Notes: generated from the letters alone by a model not told the origin. Counted from the first letter of the stretch, positions 18,923 through 29,623 are shown. The stretch is DNA of 64,000 nt from Gammaproteobacteria bacterium (GCA_965222615.1 CBDCUI010000008.1:512001-576000), one strand, 5' to 3'. Numbers and translations are program-made.

Positions 18923-20791
18923 ATGGCTTGGACACAAAAGATTTTACGCATTAATTTAACTACCGGGAGCTGCCAGGAAGAACCTTTGAATATGGAATGG
19001 GCGCAAGCGTATTTAGGCCAACGAGGCTTGGCAACAAAGTATCTATGCGAAGAGGTCGATCCGAAATGCGATGCCTTGGGGCCAGATAACAAGTTGATCA
19101 TGGCGACAGGCCCACTAACCGGAACCATGGCTGCAACAGGCGGGCGTTATTCAGTGATTACGAAGAGTCCTCTTACCAATACTGTTGCATGTTCTAATTC
19201 TGGAGGTTTCATTGGTGCAGAAATGAAAATGGCAGGTTGGGATATGTTTATTTTTGAAGGTCAATCTAATTCACCTGTTTATTTATATGTACACAATGAT
19301 TCTGCAGAGCTATTACCTGCAGATGAATTATGGGGCAAGTCAGTATGGGAAGCCGATGAATTACTACATCGTAAATATCAGGATCCGCAACTGCGCATCA
19401 GTTGTGTAGGCCGTGCAGCAGAATCAGGGTGTTTATATGCAGCAGTGATAAATGATTTGCACCGTGCAGCAGGACGCTCAGGTGTGGGTACGGTGATGGC
19501 AGCAAAAAAACTGAAAGCGGTTGCAGTGCGAGGAACTAAAGGCGTAGGCAATATAAAAGATGCCAAACGTTTTTTTGTAGTCACTGCAGAGCATAAGAAA
19601 GTATTGGCGGAGAATGCAGTAACAGGTGAGGGTCTTCCTGTTTACGGCACTCAAGTATTAATGAATGTGATTAATGAAGCAGGTGCAATGCCAACCCGAA
19701 ATATGAAAGAAGTGCAATTTGAAGGTGCGCATAAAATTTCAGGTGAAGCCATGCATGAAGCACGTGAAACGGATGGTAAAGCCAATTTGACAACTAATGG
19801 TGCGTGTTTTGCTTGCACGATTGCCTGTGGGCGTATTTCAACGATTGATCAGGGCCATTTTAGTGTCAAAAACAAACCAGAATATTGGGGTAATTCGGGT
19901 GGCTTAGAATACGAAGCTGCATGGGCCTTGGGTTCAGATACCGGTGTAGACGATTTAGATGCCTTAACGTATGCCAACTTTATTTGTAATGAAGACGGTT
20001 ATGATCCAATTACTTTTGGTTCTACTTTGGCGGCTGCAATGGAATTGTATCAAGAAGGATTGATCACTAAAGAGCAAACTCATGGGGTGGAATTAAAGTT
20101 TGGTAATGCCGAGGCAGTAACCAAAGCGGCTGAGTGGGTGGCAAAAGGCGAGGGCTTTGGTTTAGAACTTGGTTTAGGATCAAAACGTCTATGTGAAAAA
20201 TATAAACGCCCAGAGCTTTCCATGACAGTAAAAGGGCAAGAGTTTCCGGCCTATGATCCACGTGGCATTCAGGGTATGGGTCTTGGTTATGCTACTTCGA
20301 ATCGTGGTGCTTGTCATTTGCGTGGTTACACCGTGTCTTCTGAAATCTTAGGGATTCCTGAAAAAACGGATCCATTAGTAAACGAAGGTAAACCAGCATT
20401 GGTAAAAGCCTTTCAAGACGCTACTGCTGCTGTCGATTCTGCCGGTTTGTGTGTTTTTACTACCTTTGCTTGGACACTAGATAACATTGCTCCACAAATC
20501 GATGCCGCCTGCGAGGGTGAGTGGACAACTGAAAAACTAGTTGAAGTGGGTGAGCGAGTTTGGAATTTAGAACGCGATTTTAATCTTGCTGCAGGAATCA
20601 CTGGTAAGGACGATACTTTGCCCAAACGCCTATTAAAAGATGCTGCACAAACGGGTCCGGCCAAAGGGCTTGCTAATAATTTACATCTAATGCTGCCTGA
20701 GTATTATAAATTGCGAGGTTGGACAGCAGACGGAGTGCCTACACAAGAGACACGACAACGTCTAGGCCTGAATCCACAGGGTATCGCATAG
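18923..20791 (+). CDS. Tungsten-containing aldehyde oxidoreductase catalytic subunit (AorB-like)
   Basis: AOR family motifs TKSPLT, AAGRSGVGTVM, CFACTIACG, EYE, YATSNRGACH. Confidence 0.93.
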   Translation: MAWTQKILRINLTTGSCQEEPLNMEWAQAYLGQRGLATKYLCEEVDPKCDALGPDNKLIMATGPLTGTMAATGGRYSVITKSPLTNTVACSNSGGFIGAEMKMAGWDMFIFEGQSNSPVYLYVHNDSAELLPADELWGKSVWEADELLHRKYQDPQLRISCVGRAAESGCLYAAVINDLHRAAGRSGVGTVMAAKKLKAVAVRGTKGVGNIKDAKRFFVVTAEHKKVLAENAVTGEGLPVYGTQVLMNVINEAGAMPTRNMKEVQFEGAHKISGEAMHEARETDGKANLTTNGACFACTIACGRISTIDQGHFSVKNKPEYWGNSGGLEYEAAWALGSDTGVDDLDALTYANFICNEDGYDPITFGSTLAAAMELYQEGLITKEQTHGVELKFGNAEAVTKAAEWVAKGEGFGLELGLGSKRLCEKYKRPELSMTVKGQEFPAYDPRGIQGMGLGYATSNRGACHLRGYTVSSEILGIPEKTDPLVNEGKPALVKAFQDATAAVDSAGLCVFTTFAWTLDNIAPQIDAACEGEWTTEKLVEVGERVWNLERDFNLAAGITGKDDTLPKRLLKDAAQTGPAKGLANNLHLMLPEYYKLRGWTADGVPTQETRQRLGLNPQGIA

Positions 20792-20793
20792 GC

Positions 20794-22047
20794 ATGACAC
20801 AACACGTCATCATAGGTGCAGGGCCTGCAGGAATTATTGCAGCAGAAACTTTGCGTAAACTTGACTCTGCTTCACAGATAACCGTCATAGGTTCTGAGCC
20901 AGAGCCGCCATACTCTCGCATGGCAATCCCTTATTATTTAATTAATGACATTAAAGAGTCCGGTACTTATCTACGCAAGAGTTCTAATCATTTTGCAGAT
21001 AGAAATATTGAAATTATTCAGCAACGAGTCAACACGGTTGATGACAAACAACATTCACTTAGTTTGCAAAATGGTAACACGATCAACTATGACAAGCTTT
21101 TGATTGCTAGCGGTTCGCATGCAGTTACTCCGACTTTACCAGGTATTGATGCCCCCTACGTGCATAATTGTTGGACGTTAGAAGATGCCCGCAACATTGT
21201 TAAATTGGCAACAGAAAATGCAAACGTGGTGTTAGTAGGCGCTGGATTTATTGGTTGTATTATTTTAGAGGCTTTAGCAAAACGTAAAGTGCAACTTAGT
21301 GTAGTAGAAATGGAAAATCGTATGGTGCCTCGCATGATGGATGATGAATCAGGTAGCTTGATTAAGAAATGGTGCGAGAATCAAGGCATAAATGTCTATA
21401 CCTCAACGCGTGTTGAAGAAATCGACAATAACACTGTGAGATTGAGTGATGGGGAGTCATTAAAAGCCGATTTAGTGATTATGGCAACCGGTGTAAAACC
21501 GAATACGAATTTTCTTGAGGGAACTGATGTAAAAATTGAAGATGGAGTTTTGGTTAATGAGTTTTTGCAAACTGACTGTGATGACATTTATGCTGCAGGC
21601 GATGTTGCACAAGGAAAAGATTTTTCAACCAATAATTATTCGGTTCAAGCTATACAGCCCACCGCTGCAGATCACGGAAGAATCGCGGCCAACAATATGC
21701 TGGGAAACAAATTACGCCACCAAGGCAGTATTAATATGAATGTATTGGATACCATGGGGCTCATATCCAGTTCTTTTGGTTTATGGATGGGTGCAGAAAG
21801 TGGTGATTCGGCCAAACTCAGTGATCCGGATCGTTTTCGATATCTCAATCTACAATTCCAAGACGATGTGCTAATTGGCGCAAGTAGTCTAGGTTTGACC
21901 GAGCATGTAGGGGTAGTGCGTGGCCTTATTCAGAGCAAGACAAAGTTAGGTAAATGGAAATCACGACTCAAAGCGGATCCCACGCGGCTTATGGAAGCCT
22001 ATCTAGGATGTACCCAGGCGGTTGGCCACAACGCTGGCATGATCTAA
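20794..22047 (+). CDS. FAD/NAD-dependent oxidoreductase (AorC-like)
   Basis: IIGAGPAG, VGAGFIG, YAAGD; start placed at ATG 20794. Confidence 0.88.
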   Translation: MTQHVIIGAGPAGIIAAETLRKLDSASQITVIGSEPEPPYSRMAIPYYLINDIKESGTYLRKSSNHFADRNIEIIQQRVNTVDDKQHSLSLQNGNTINYDKLLIASGSHAVTPTLPGIDAPYVHNCWTLEDARNIVKLATENANVVLVGAGFIGCIILEALAKRKVQLSVVEMENRMVPRMMDDESGSLIKKWCENQGINVYTSTRVEEIDNNTVRLSDGESLKADLVIMATGVKPNTNFLEGTDVKIEDGVLVNEFLQTDCDDIYAAGDVAQGKDFSTNNYSVQAIQPTAADHGRIAANNMLGNKLRHQGSINMNVLDTMGLISSSFGLWMGAESGDSAKLSDPDRFRYLNLQFQDDVLIGASSLGLTEHVGVVRGLIQSKTKLGKWKSRLKADPTRLMEAYLGCTQAVGHNAGMI

Positions 22048-22123
22048 AGCCAGCTCTAACTCGGCCTCACAAAAAAATTACTATTTTTAGAAATACCTTT
22101 AAGTATCACGCAAGGTAAATGTA

Positions 22124-22375
22124 ATGAAAATTACATTAAAACTGTATGCAACGCTGGGTGATCTGCTTCCTGATCATGCGCGTCAAAATATGGTGGAAAT
22201 CGAAGTAGCCGAAGACGCTACTCCAAACCAAGTAATAGATGAATTTAAAGTACCGCAGGAACTAGTGCATTTGGTGTTGTTGAACGGACGCTATGTTGAA
22301 CCCGAGCAGCGGGATCAATCGATACTTCAGCCTGATGACGCATTGGCAATTTGGCCCCCTATTGCAGGTGGGTGA
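22124..22375 (+). CDS. MoaD/ThiS family sulfur carrier (AorD-like)
   Basis: Ubiquitin-like size, ends PPIAGG. Confidence 0.88.
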   Translation: MKITLKLYATLGDLLPDHARQNMVEIEVAEDATPNQVIDEFKVPQELVHLVLLNGRYVEPEQRDQSILQPDDALAIWPPIAGG

Positions 22376-22379
22376 TGAT

Positions 22380-22673
22380 TTGAGCAAAACAATCCGCTTT
22401 TCAAAAGAGATGGGCATCAGTCGTGACGATTTATATCGAGCCTTACCTTCTATATTCCAACAACAACCTTATAAAATTAAAGATGATTCAATCATTGCCA
22501 AGAAGAATCAAAGAAGTTTAGTGATTAATATATTAAAAGAAGATGTTCGTAAACTGGCTTCAATGAAAGTACCGCGTTTAGTATTAGATTTTTGTTTTGA
22601 AAACTACACTCAGGCGCAAGTGACCTCTTTTGAGAAGCGTTTTTTATTACACTTACAAAAAGGAGGCGGCTAA
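22380..22673 (+). CDS. Small conserved protein closing the aor operon (AorE-like)
   Basis: KEMGISRDDLYRALP...FLLHLQKGGG; TTG start inferred. Confidence 0.6.
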   Translation: MSKTIRFSKEMGISRDDLYRALPSIFQQQPYKIKDDSIIAKKNQRSLVINILKEDVRKLASMKVPRLVLDFCFENYTQAQVTSFEKRFLLHLQKGGG

Positions 22674-22689
22674 GCCACACATATTAATT

Positions 22690-23112
22690 TCACTTCCAGC
22701 CAACTGGTTCATAGCCTTTATCAACAAGGCAGCGCTCAACAATATATTTGAATTCCGGACTAGGCTCATTGGAGCGTTTTATTCCTGAAAAGAATCGGCT
22801 CAGACCACGGTTAATGGCGCCCACTGCAGCACCTACACCGGCATTCCCGGTCACGGCCCCGCTAGCGGCACCTGTGGCTGCACCTTCTGTAGCACTGCCA
22901 GCAGTTCCTTTCGCTATTTCTCCTGCACCATTGGCTTTCGCACCACTGTCTTTGGCAAGTTGTATACATTCGTCAATATCTTGCCTTACCTGTTTATCGC
23001 CCACCTCTTTAGCATGTTCGTTGGGATACAGAATAGGTTGCGAAGTGGCACAAGCACAAAGCATTGTCGTGGCAAACCATATAGGCAGAAAAGTTGATGA
23101 GCGATGCATCAC
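22690..23112 (-). CDS. Glycine-zipper lipoprotein
   Basis: Lipobox LCAC, GAATGAASGA zipper, ERCL..KGYEPVGW. Confidence 0.75.
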   Translation of the reverse strand: MMHRSSTFLPIWFATTMLCACATSQPILYPNEHAKEVGDKQVRQDIDECIQLAKDSGAKANGAGEIAKGTAGSATEGAATGAASGAVTGNAGVGAAVGAINRGLSRFFSGIKRSNEPSPEFKYIVERCLVDKGYEPVGWK

Positions 23113-23187
23113 TGTATTTTACTCCTAATTCGCTAGTGTATTGTAAGACAAACTTTCAGAAATAAAGTTACAACTAAAAATGATGCT

Positions 23188-23266
23188 GGACTGCCACGCA
23201 AGCTAATGCTTGCTCGCAGTGACGGATTTTCTTGTCATTGCGAGTCATGAAATGACGAAGCAATCT
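23188..23266. repeat. Palindromic intergenic repeat element (GTCATTGCGAG...GCAATC type)
   Basis: GGACTGC...CTCGCAGTGAC faces GTCATTGCGAG...GCAATCT; internal hairpins GCAAGC-TAAT-GCTTGC and GTCAT-GAA-ATGAC. Confidence 0.65.
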
Positions 23267-23281
23267 AGTCAATTAATATAA

Positions 23282-24229
23282 TCAAGGCAGTTTGGCTTCT
23301 AAATCTTCGACATTTACTTTAGGGTGGGCTTGCTTGAATTTTTCCAATTGTCGAGCGGCCTCGGCATAATCTTTTCTGGCGATCAACTTCTCAATCATTA
23401 ACAACCAGTCTCCTACAGGTATAGGAGCAAAATCAGTATCTTCTTTAGATTCAGCTCTGTCATCATGCAGCATGGGCTCTTGTTGTGCATCCGATTCGAA
23501 ATCTTTTCTAGATCTTTCTCGCGACATCGTTTCGGTATTGCCATTTGTACTATATGTACCTTCTTGAACAGTGGATGGCTGTTCATTAAGTATAGCTCTG
23601 GGAGAATCTTGCAAGGGTTCTAAGGTTCTGTTTGGTCTTGACGATTTAACCTCAGACTTAGATTTCATACTGGGTGCTGCAACAGATGGTTGTTCAGCTG
23701 GAACTTGTTCAAGTTTATTATTCCGTTGATACTCATCTAGCTGTCGAGATTTTTCTAATGTCGGTGTTGGTTGTGATACTGTTTCCTGGTCAAGTTTTTT
23801 TCTTGCTTCTAATTTCTCTTGCGCCGCATTAGCAGGTGTTTGAGTTTCGGCACGACCAGATAATTCTTCTGTCTCTGTCGCAATGCCATCAGTAGGCATA
23901 GAAATTTCATCAATGGGTGCATTGAAATCACCAGCCCCGCTTTTATTCTTTGTCGTAGTTTGCATATCAGATTCACTCGAGGGAATGGGTGGAATTTCTA
24001 ATTGTTCAGGGCTTTGATCAAGTTGTACCAGTAGTGCAAAAACTAACACCACACTTGCGGCCAACGATAGAGGCACTTTCCAACCACCACCAAAATGACT
24101 GCCACCACGTTTTGATGATTGTTTGTTGGCGGCATACTCTAAAATCTCTTGATCAAGCTCAGCAGAAGGGGCTTCATTTGCGCCTTTTTTATAAAGCTGT
24201 TTTAAAACTTGATCGTCTTGAGAATTCAT
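23282..24229 (-). CDS. Putative anti-sigma factor (single TM, low-complexity periplasmic region)
   Basis: Directly downstream of an ECF sigma; PSAELDQEIL, WKVPLSLAASVVLV, C-terminal helical domain. Confidence 0.65.
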   Translation of the reverse strand: MNSQDDQVLKQLYKKGANEAPSAELDQEILEYAANKQSSKRGGSHFGGGWKVPLSLAASVVLVFALLVQLDQSPEQLEIPPIPSSESDMQTTTKNKSGAGDFNAPIDEISMPTDGIATETEELSGRAETQTPANAAQEKLEARKKLDQETVSQPTPTLEKSRQLDEYQRNNKLEQVPAEQPSVAAPSMKSKSEVKSSRPNRTLEPLQDSPRAILNEQPSTVQEGTYSTNGNTETMSRERSRKDFESDAQQEPMLHDDRAESKEDTDFAPIPVGDWLLMIEKLIARKDYAEAARQLEKFKQAHPKVNVEDLEAKLP

Positions 24230-24252
24230 ATCTTTAGTTCAATTTTACATAT

Positions 24253-24816
24253 TTAATTTATTAGAGCAGCTTTAAGTTTGTTTTTAGCATAACGCAAACG
24301 GCTTTTAGCCGTTTCAGGATTTACCTTAGTGATTTCAGCTATTTCATTCACATTCATGTCTTGTTCAAAATGTAACAACGCTGCTTCTTTTTGGCTTGCG
24401 GGAAGTTCATCAAAGGCATGCATGAGTTGTTTAGTTTTTTGTTTCAAAGTGAACTCATCTTCAGGTAATGCCAAGGTATTTGACGTGTTAGTAAGTTCAT
24501 AATTCATTTCGGCTTCCTCGAATTCAACCACCTGAGCGGGTTTACTTTTTCTGTAGTAATCGACCAGCGTATTGTGAGCAATCGTAAACAAATAAGTTGT
24601 AAACTTTGCTTTGGGTTGATATCGAGTAGCACTGTTAATCAATTTAATCCATACCTCTTGATAAAGTTCTTCAGATTGCGGTTCGTCACTGCAATGCTTT
24701 ATAAAGTAACGATACAATGCATCTTTATATCTGCGATATAGTGTCTCAAAGGCTGCTTGATCTCCTTGCTGGTATTGCAGCATTAAGGCTTCGTCAGATA
24801 CATGCTTGTCCTCCAT
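24253..24816 (-). CDS. ECF RNA polymerase sigma factor
   Basis: SDEALM...AFETLY, EELYQEVW, region 4 ETAKSRLRYA. Confidence 0.92.
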   Translation of the reverse strand: MEDKHVSDEALMLQYQQGDQAAFETLYRRYKDALYRYFIKHCSDEPQSEELYQEVWIKLINSATRYQPKAKFTTYLFTIAHNTLVDYYRKSKPAQVVEFEEAEMNYELTNTSNTLALPEDEFTLKQKTKQLMHAFDELPASQKEAALLHFEQDMNVNEIAEITKVNPETAKSRLRYAKNKLKAALIN

Positions 24817-24956
24817 AGAATAAGCAGACTAACCATGCCAACAAGGTAACGCAATACCGTTTGTTGCCTCTATATAAACGAAAAAGTTTACATAAAGGGT
24901 TAGTCCCAAGCGTGATTCTCACTACCGTTTATCTGATAGCATGCTAGGATATTTAA

Positions 24957-26120
24957 ATGGCGCTGTGCAGAATATCCAAACGCCTTGAGCAGCTAGAGTC
25001 GTTTCACGTCATGAGTTTAATGGCGGAGGCAAAACAGCTAGCAGCACAAGGGCATCACGTTATACACATGGAAATGGGTGAGCCCGATTTTTCCACGCCT
25101 GAACCTATAGTAGAAGCAGGTATCGCAGCATTACGTGCAGGCATAACGCACTATACCCCTACACTGGGACTGCCAGCTTTACGCGAAGCCATTGCAAATT
25201 TTTATCAAGAAGAATATGGCGTTACCGTATCTGCCGAACAGATTGTTATTACGCCTGGATCCGCCTTGGCATTACAACTGGTTTTAAATGTAATGATATC
25301 GGCTGGAGACCAAGTTGCGATTGCAGATCCTGCTTATCCAAGCACACATAATTTAGTTCGCTTACTGGGTGGTGTGGTATTGCATATGCCCGTGAGCGAA
25401 GCCTCGTCATGGCAACTTAATCTTGAATTATTAGAGCAAAATTGGAATGAATCCGTTAATGCAGTATTAATAGCAAGCCCCTCTAATCCAACTGGCACCA
25501 TACTCACAAATGATGAATTACAGAAAATTGTAGACTTTTGTGCAGAGAAGGGTGTATTTCTATTGGTCGATGAAATTTATCATGGACTAGTGTACTCGCA
25601 TGCACCTCGTACTGCAGTTGATATCAATGAAAATACATTCGTTATAAATAGCTTTTCGAAATTTTATGGCATGACGGGTTGGCGAGTGGGCTGGATTGTT
25701 GCGCCAAAAAGATATTTAAAAGAAATAAACAAACTTGCGCAACATACATTTTTAGCGGCCCCTACACCAGGACAATATGCAGCACTCGCAGCTTTTCAAA
25801 AAGACACAAAAGAGATTTTGCTAGCAAGACGTGAAGAATTTAAACAACGACGGGATTACTTAGTCAAAGCGCTCAAATCAATAGGTTTTGGAATTCCAGT
25901 AAAACCCGAAGGGGCCTTCTATATCTATGCTGATTCGTCAGCATTTTCAGATGATAGCTACGAATTTGCGCGCAAGGTATTAACAGAAAAACATGTCGCA
26001 TTTACACCAGGGATTGATTTTGGAGTAAACGGTGCTAAACAACATGTGAGATTTGCCTACACCACCAATCTAGAAAATCTAAAAATAGGTATTGAACGTT
26101 TAGCTGAAATAAAAGCTTGA
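24957..26120 (+). CDS. PLP-dependent aminotransferase class I/II
   Basis: GEPDF, SPSNPTG, DEIY, SFSKFYGMTGWRVGW. Confidence 0.93.
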   Translation: MALCRISKRLEQLESFHVMSLMAEAKQLAAQGHHVIHMEMGEPDFSTPEPIVEAGIAALRAGITHYTPTLGLPALREAIANFYQEEYGVTVSAEQIVITPGSALALQLVLNVMISAGDQVAIADPAYPSTHNLVRLLGGVVLHMPVSEASSWQLNLELLEQNWNESVNAVLIASPSNPTGTILTNDELQKIVDFCAEKGVFLLVDEIYHGLVYSHAPRTAVDINENTFVINSFSKFYGMTGWRVGWIVAPKRYLKEINKLAQHTFLAAPTPGQYAALAAFQKDTKEILLARREEFKQRRDYLVKALKSIGFGIPVKPEGAFYIYADSSAFSDDSYEFARKVLTEKHVAFTPGIDFGVNGAKQHVRFAYTTNLENLKIGIERLAEIKA

Positions 26121-26431
26121 ATGCATCCCAATAGATGCACTGATAAAAAAGTTTAACAAAAGAAAATAAATAATTATTAAAAGTAAGTTAATGATCTAAA
26201 TAATTAAAAAATAAAGAAACACAGCAATGACAAAATTTTGACACTTAACAAAACTGAACATTAATTATTCAGTTTTATAAAAAAACGTACAACAAACAAA
26301 CAACTTGAAATAACAACTTCATACAAAACAAGTGTAGTTACACAATAGAAACAAAAATAACTATTGAAATATACATTTAGACCGATATAGTTAAATCAAT
26401 AATCAAAATTAAGAAATTTTGGGGAGAATTT

Positions 26432-28030
26432 GTGGGGATTCCGGGGCAGAGTAAAAATAATCTAATTCATTTTTTTCGTTTAATTTTTTTGGTTTCAACT
26501 TTGTTCCTAGCTTATGGAGCATGTGTTCACGCTGGTGTTGGTCAATGTGTGTGCACATCAAATTGTGGCAATGTTCCATCAATAAATGCAAGTTCACCTG
26601 GGCAATGTTTTCCCTATTTTACTGAAGCATATAACAATACTTTTGGAACAGACTGTACTCACTCGCCAGAATTGATTGATAGTAATCACAATCCAAATGA
26701 AAATTTCACTTGGGATACATATGGCATGCATAACGTAGGTGGATCGCATGTAATTTGTCAAAATCCTGGTGGTGGTATGGTTCAATTCAGATACTGCTCA
26801 AATAACACTCAAAATTACCCAGAGTGTGAAACAAACCAAGTTTCACTTCCCAGCACATTAGGCGGGAAACAACCATCCTGCCCAAGAGGTAACCCAGTAC
26901 ACCCAGCCACAGGAAATAAGTTTCAAACTGAAACAGATTTTGCAAATACAGGTGAACTTTCGTTTACACGTTATTACAACAGTTTAGGAGAAGAAGAATA
27001 TGGGCTAGGCAAAGGCTGGAGTGCACAATATCACCAACATTTACTTATCTCATCGAGTATTTTAATAGTCCTAAATAACCAAGATGGACAGAGTCACGCA
27101 TTTAATTGTTCCTCTATAGGTGAATGTGAAAAGCTTGCAGATATAAAGGATTTACTAGAAAAAACTGCTACAGGCTTCCTGCTAACAACAGAAGATAATG
27201 TTGTTGAATCGTATGATCTTAATGGCAAACTTATCTCTATCACCTCGTTGTCAGGCCAAACTCAGACTTTAAGTTACAACAGCACGACAGACTTACTTGA
27301 GACCGTAACTGATAACAATGGCAGAATAATTAGTTTTACCTACGATACTCAAGAACGCCCTGCAACTATCACCGATCCAGATGGTGAGGTTTATACCTAT
27401 GACTACGATACCAATAACAACTTAGTTAAAGTTACCTACCCAGACAATACCCCAGGAACCAATACCGATAATCCAACCAGACAATATCAATACAACGACA
27501 CCAACTATCCAAATCACCTCACCGACATTATCGATGAAAATGGCAACACCTTTGCCAGTTTTGGCTACGACACCCAAGGCCGAGCCATCTTTACAGAACA
27601 TGCCAATGGAAATGAACGAATAGATCTAACCTACAACGCAGATGGTACTACTACAGTAACTGATTCACTCGGAGCAACCAACACCTACACCTATGAAATT
27701 ATGTTCGGGGTCCCCCGAACCTCAACCATAACTGGCGGACAGTGCGGAAGTGGATGTACCGGAGAAGGACAAGCACAAACCTATGATGCAAATGGATTTC
27801 TCGCAAGCCGCACCGACTTTGAAGGCAACATCACAACTTTTATTAATAACAGCCGAGGCTTACAAACTTCTCGAACCGAAGCCGTCAGCACCCCCGAAGA
27901 AAGAACCATCACCACCGAATGGCATTCCGATTTTAGATTGCCCACCAAAATAACCGAACCGGGTAAAGAAACCATCTTTACTTATGACACACAGGGCCGA
28001 CTCCTGTCGCGTGCGGAAAGAGAGATTTAA
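26432..28030 (+). CDS. Split-RHS N-half module 1: signal peptide, Cys-rich head, DUF6531-like domain, YD repeats
   Basis: GGGGAG RBS and GTG start; signal ending VHA; CPRGNPVHPATGNKFQ; FTRYYNS; YD repeats; ends QGRLLSRAEREI*. Confidence 0.88.
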   Translation: MGIPGQSKNNLIHFFRLIFLVSTLFLAYGACVHAGVGQCVCTSNCGNVPSINASSPGQCFPYFTEAYNNTFGTDCTHSPELIDSNHNPNENFTWDTYGMHNVGGSHVICQNPGGGMVQFRYCSNNTQNYPECETNQVSLPSTLGGKQPSCPRGNPVHPATGNKFQTETDFANTGELSFTRYYNSLGEEEYGLGKGWSAQYHQHLLISSSILIVLNNQDGQSHAFNCSSIGECEKLADIKDLLEKTATGFLLTTEDNVVESYDLNGKLISITSLSGQTQTLSYNSTTDLLETVTDNNGRIISFTYDTQERPATITDPDGEVYTYDYDTNNNLVKVTYPDNTPGTNTDNPTRQYQYNDTNYPNHLTDIIDENGNTFASFGYDTQGRAIFTEHANGNERIDLTYNADGTTTVTDSLGATNTYTYEIMFGVPRTSTITGGQCGSGCTGEGQAQTYDANGFLASRTDFEGNITTFINNSRGLQTSRTEAVSTPEERTITTEWHSDFRLPTKITEPGKETIFTYDTQGRLLSRAEREI

Positions 28031-28033
28031 TGT

Positions 28034-29623
28034 ATGAAAAAAAGTGCTTTACCTAACTTAAGTACATTAATACTGAAATCAGTTAGGCAACTACTTGTAC
28101 TAATTTTATTTTTATCAAGTACTACAAGTCTTGCTGCTGAGGTTTGGACACGAAGTGGGGGAATGGGTTATGGGTATTTTCCAACGGCTGCTGCATACTG
28201 CCAAGTATTTCAACAACAATTTTGTCACACAGAATGTAATCCATTCCCAATGACATGTGCGAGTCCTGACTGTAGCGCAGTGGGATGTACCGTTCAATAT
28301 AGAGTAACTCCTGCCACTAGTTTTTTGGTTGCAACTGAAATTATTTTAAAGGGGCCTTTACCAGCTGGAGAAACCATCAACAAAACCGAAAAAACCTTAG
28401 GCTCCCCTGCACCAGAGCAATGTGTGGGTAATCCAATTGATATTGCAACGGGAAACAAATATCAAAAAGAAACAGACTATGTTGATTCAAGAACCAGCCA
28501 AATTGTATTTGAACGCTACTACAACAGCATCGCGATAGATGATTCGCTTACAGGTAATCAATCATCACGTGCACTTGGGAACAACTGGAAACACACCTAC
28601 CAAAGAAGCATCTTTAACTCTGATGATGGTATTGATGAAGGCGTCGCGATTGCCTATCGACATACCGGTCGAGTTGAAAACTTCTTCTTGAATACAAGTA
28701 CTAATCAATGGGTACCCGATGCTGATATCACTAGCAGGCTTATACAACTAACGGATAGCACAGGAGATAAAATCGGTTGGGAATACACTACTGAACAAGA
28801 TGTAGTAGAAACCTACAATGCAACTGGTGTATTGCAAGCCATAACAAATAGAAACGGAGTTATACAAACACTCCACTATGATCTCGTGAGTGGCCTACTT
28901 ACTTCAATAACTGATTCATATGGCAATTCAATGTCATTCACCTATGACCTCAACGATCGTATACAAACCATGACCGATCTGGATGGCAAGTTATATCAAT
29001 ACACCTATTCACCTAATCTGATTCAAGTCGTGTATCCAGATGAGACACCTCAAAATAACGTAGATAACCCTATACGTGTCTACCATTACGAAGAAGCAAA
29101 TAAAACACTTCTTACAGGCATTACCGATGAAAATGGAAACCGATTTGCTTCTTGGGATTATGACGACACTACGAATAAAGCAATCCTCAGCGAACACAAC
29201 AGTGGGGTAGATAGGGTAACGGTAACGTATAACAATGATAGTACTACCACGATAATAGATGCGTTGGGCGCAAGTGACACATTTACGTTCCTAGATGTAC
29301 AAGGTGTAAGTCGTGTTTCAAATGTCGCAGGAGATCAATGTAATGTATGTGGAGCACAAGCACAGGCCTATACATATGACTCAAATGGATTTGTCGCTTC
29401 AGAAACCGACTTTGAAGGCAATCTCACTACCTTCATAAACAACAGCAGAGGATTACAAACAAGTAGAACTGAAGCGGTCGGCACACTCGAAGAAAGAACC
29501 ATCACCACTGAATGGCATCCCGATTTTAGATTGCCAACCAAAATAACCGAGCCAGGAAAAGAAACAATATTCACTTATGACGCTCAGGGCAGATTGTTGT
29601 CACGTACGGAAAGAGAGATTTAA
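28034..29623 (+). CDS. Split-RHS N-half module 2
   Basis: Signal ending SLA; CVGNPIDIATGNKYQ; FERYYNS; ends QGRLLSRTEREI*. Confidence 0.88.
   Translation: MKKSALPNLSTLILKSVRQLLVLILFLSSTTSLAAEVWTRSGGMGYGYFPTAAAYCQVFQQQFCHTECNPFPMTCASPDCSAVGCTVQYRVTPATSFLVATEIILKGPLPAGETINKTEKTLGSPAPEQCVGNPIDIATGNKYQKETDYVDSRTSQIVFERYYNSIAIDDSLTGNQSSRALGNNWKHTYQRSIFNSDDGIDEGVAIAYRHTGRVENFFLNTSTNQWVPDADITSRLIQLTDSTGDKIGWEYTTEQDVVETYNATGVLQAITNRNGVIQTLHYDLVSGLLTSITDSYGNSMSFTYDLNDRIQTMTDLDGKLYQYTYSPNLIQVVYPDETPQNNVDNPIRVYHYEEANKTLLTGITDENGNRFASWDYDDTTNKAILSEHNSGVDRVTVTYNNDSTTTIIDALGASDTFTFLDVQGVSRVSNVAGDQCNVCGAQAQAYTYDSNGFVASETDFEGNLTTFINNSRGLQTSRTEAVGTLEERTITTEWHPDFRLPTKITEPGKETIFTYDAQGRLLSRTEREI

Noticed and set aside
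22748-23128. 126 aa Ala/Pro-rich plus-strand ORF
   Set aside because: Antisense shadow of the glycine-zipper lipoprotein
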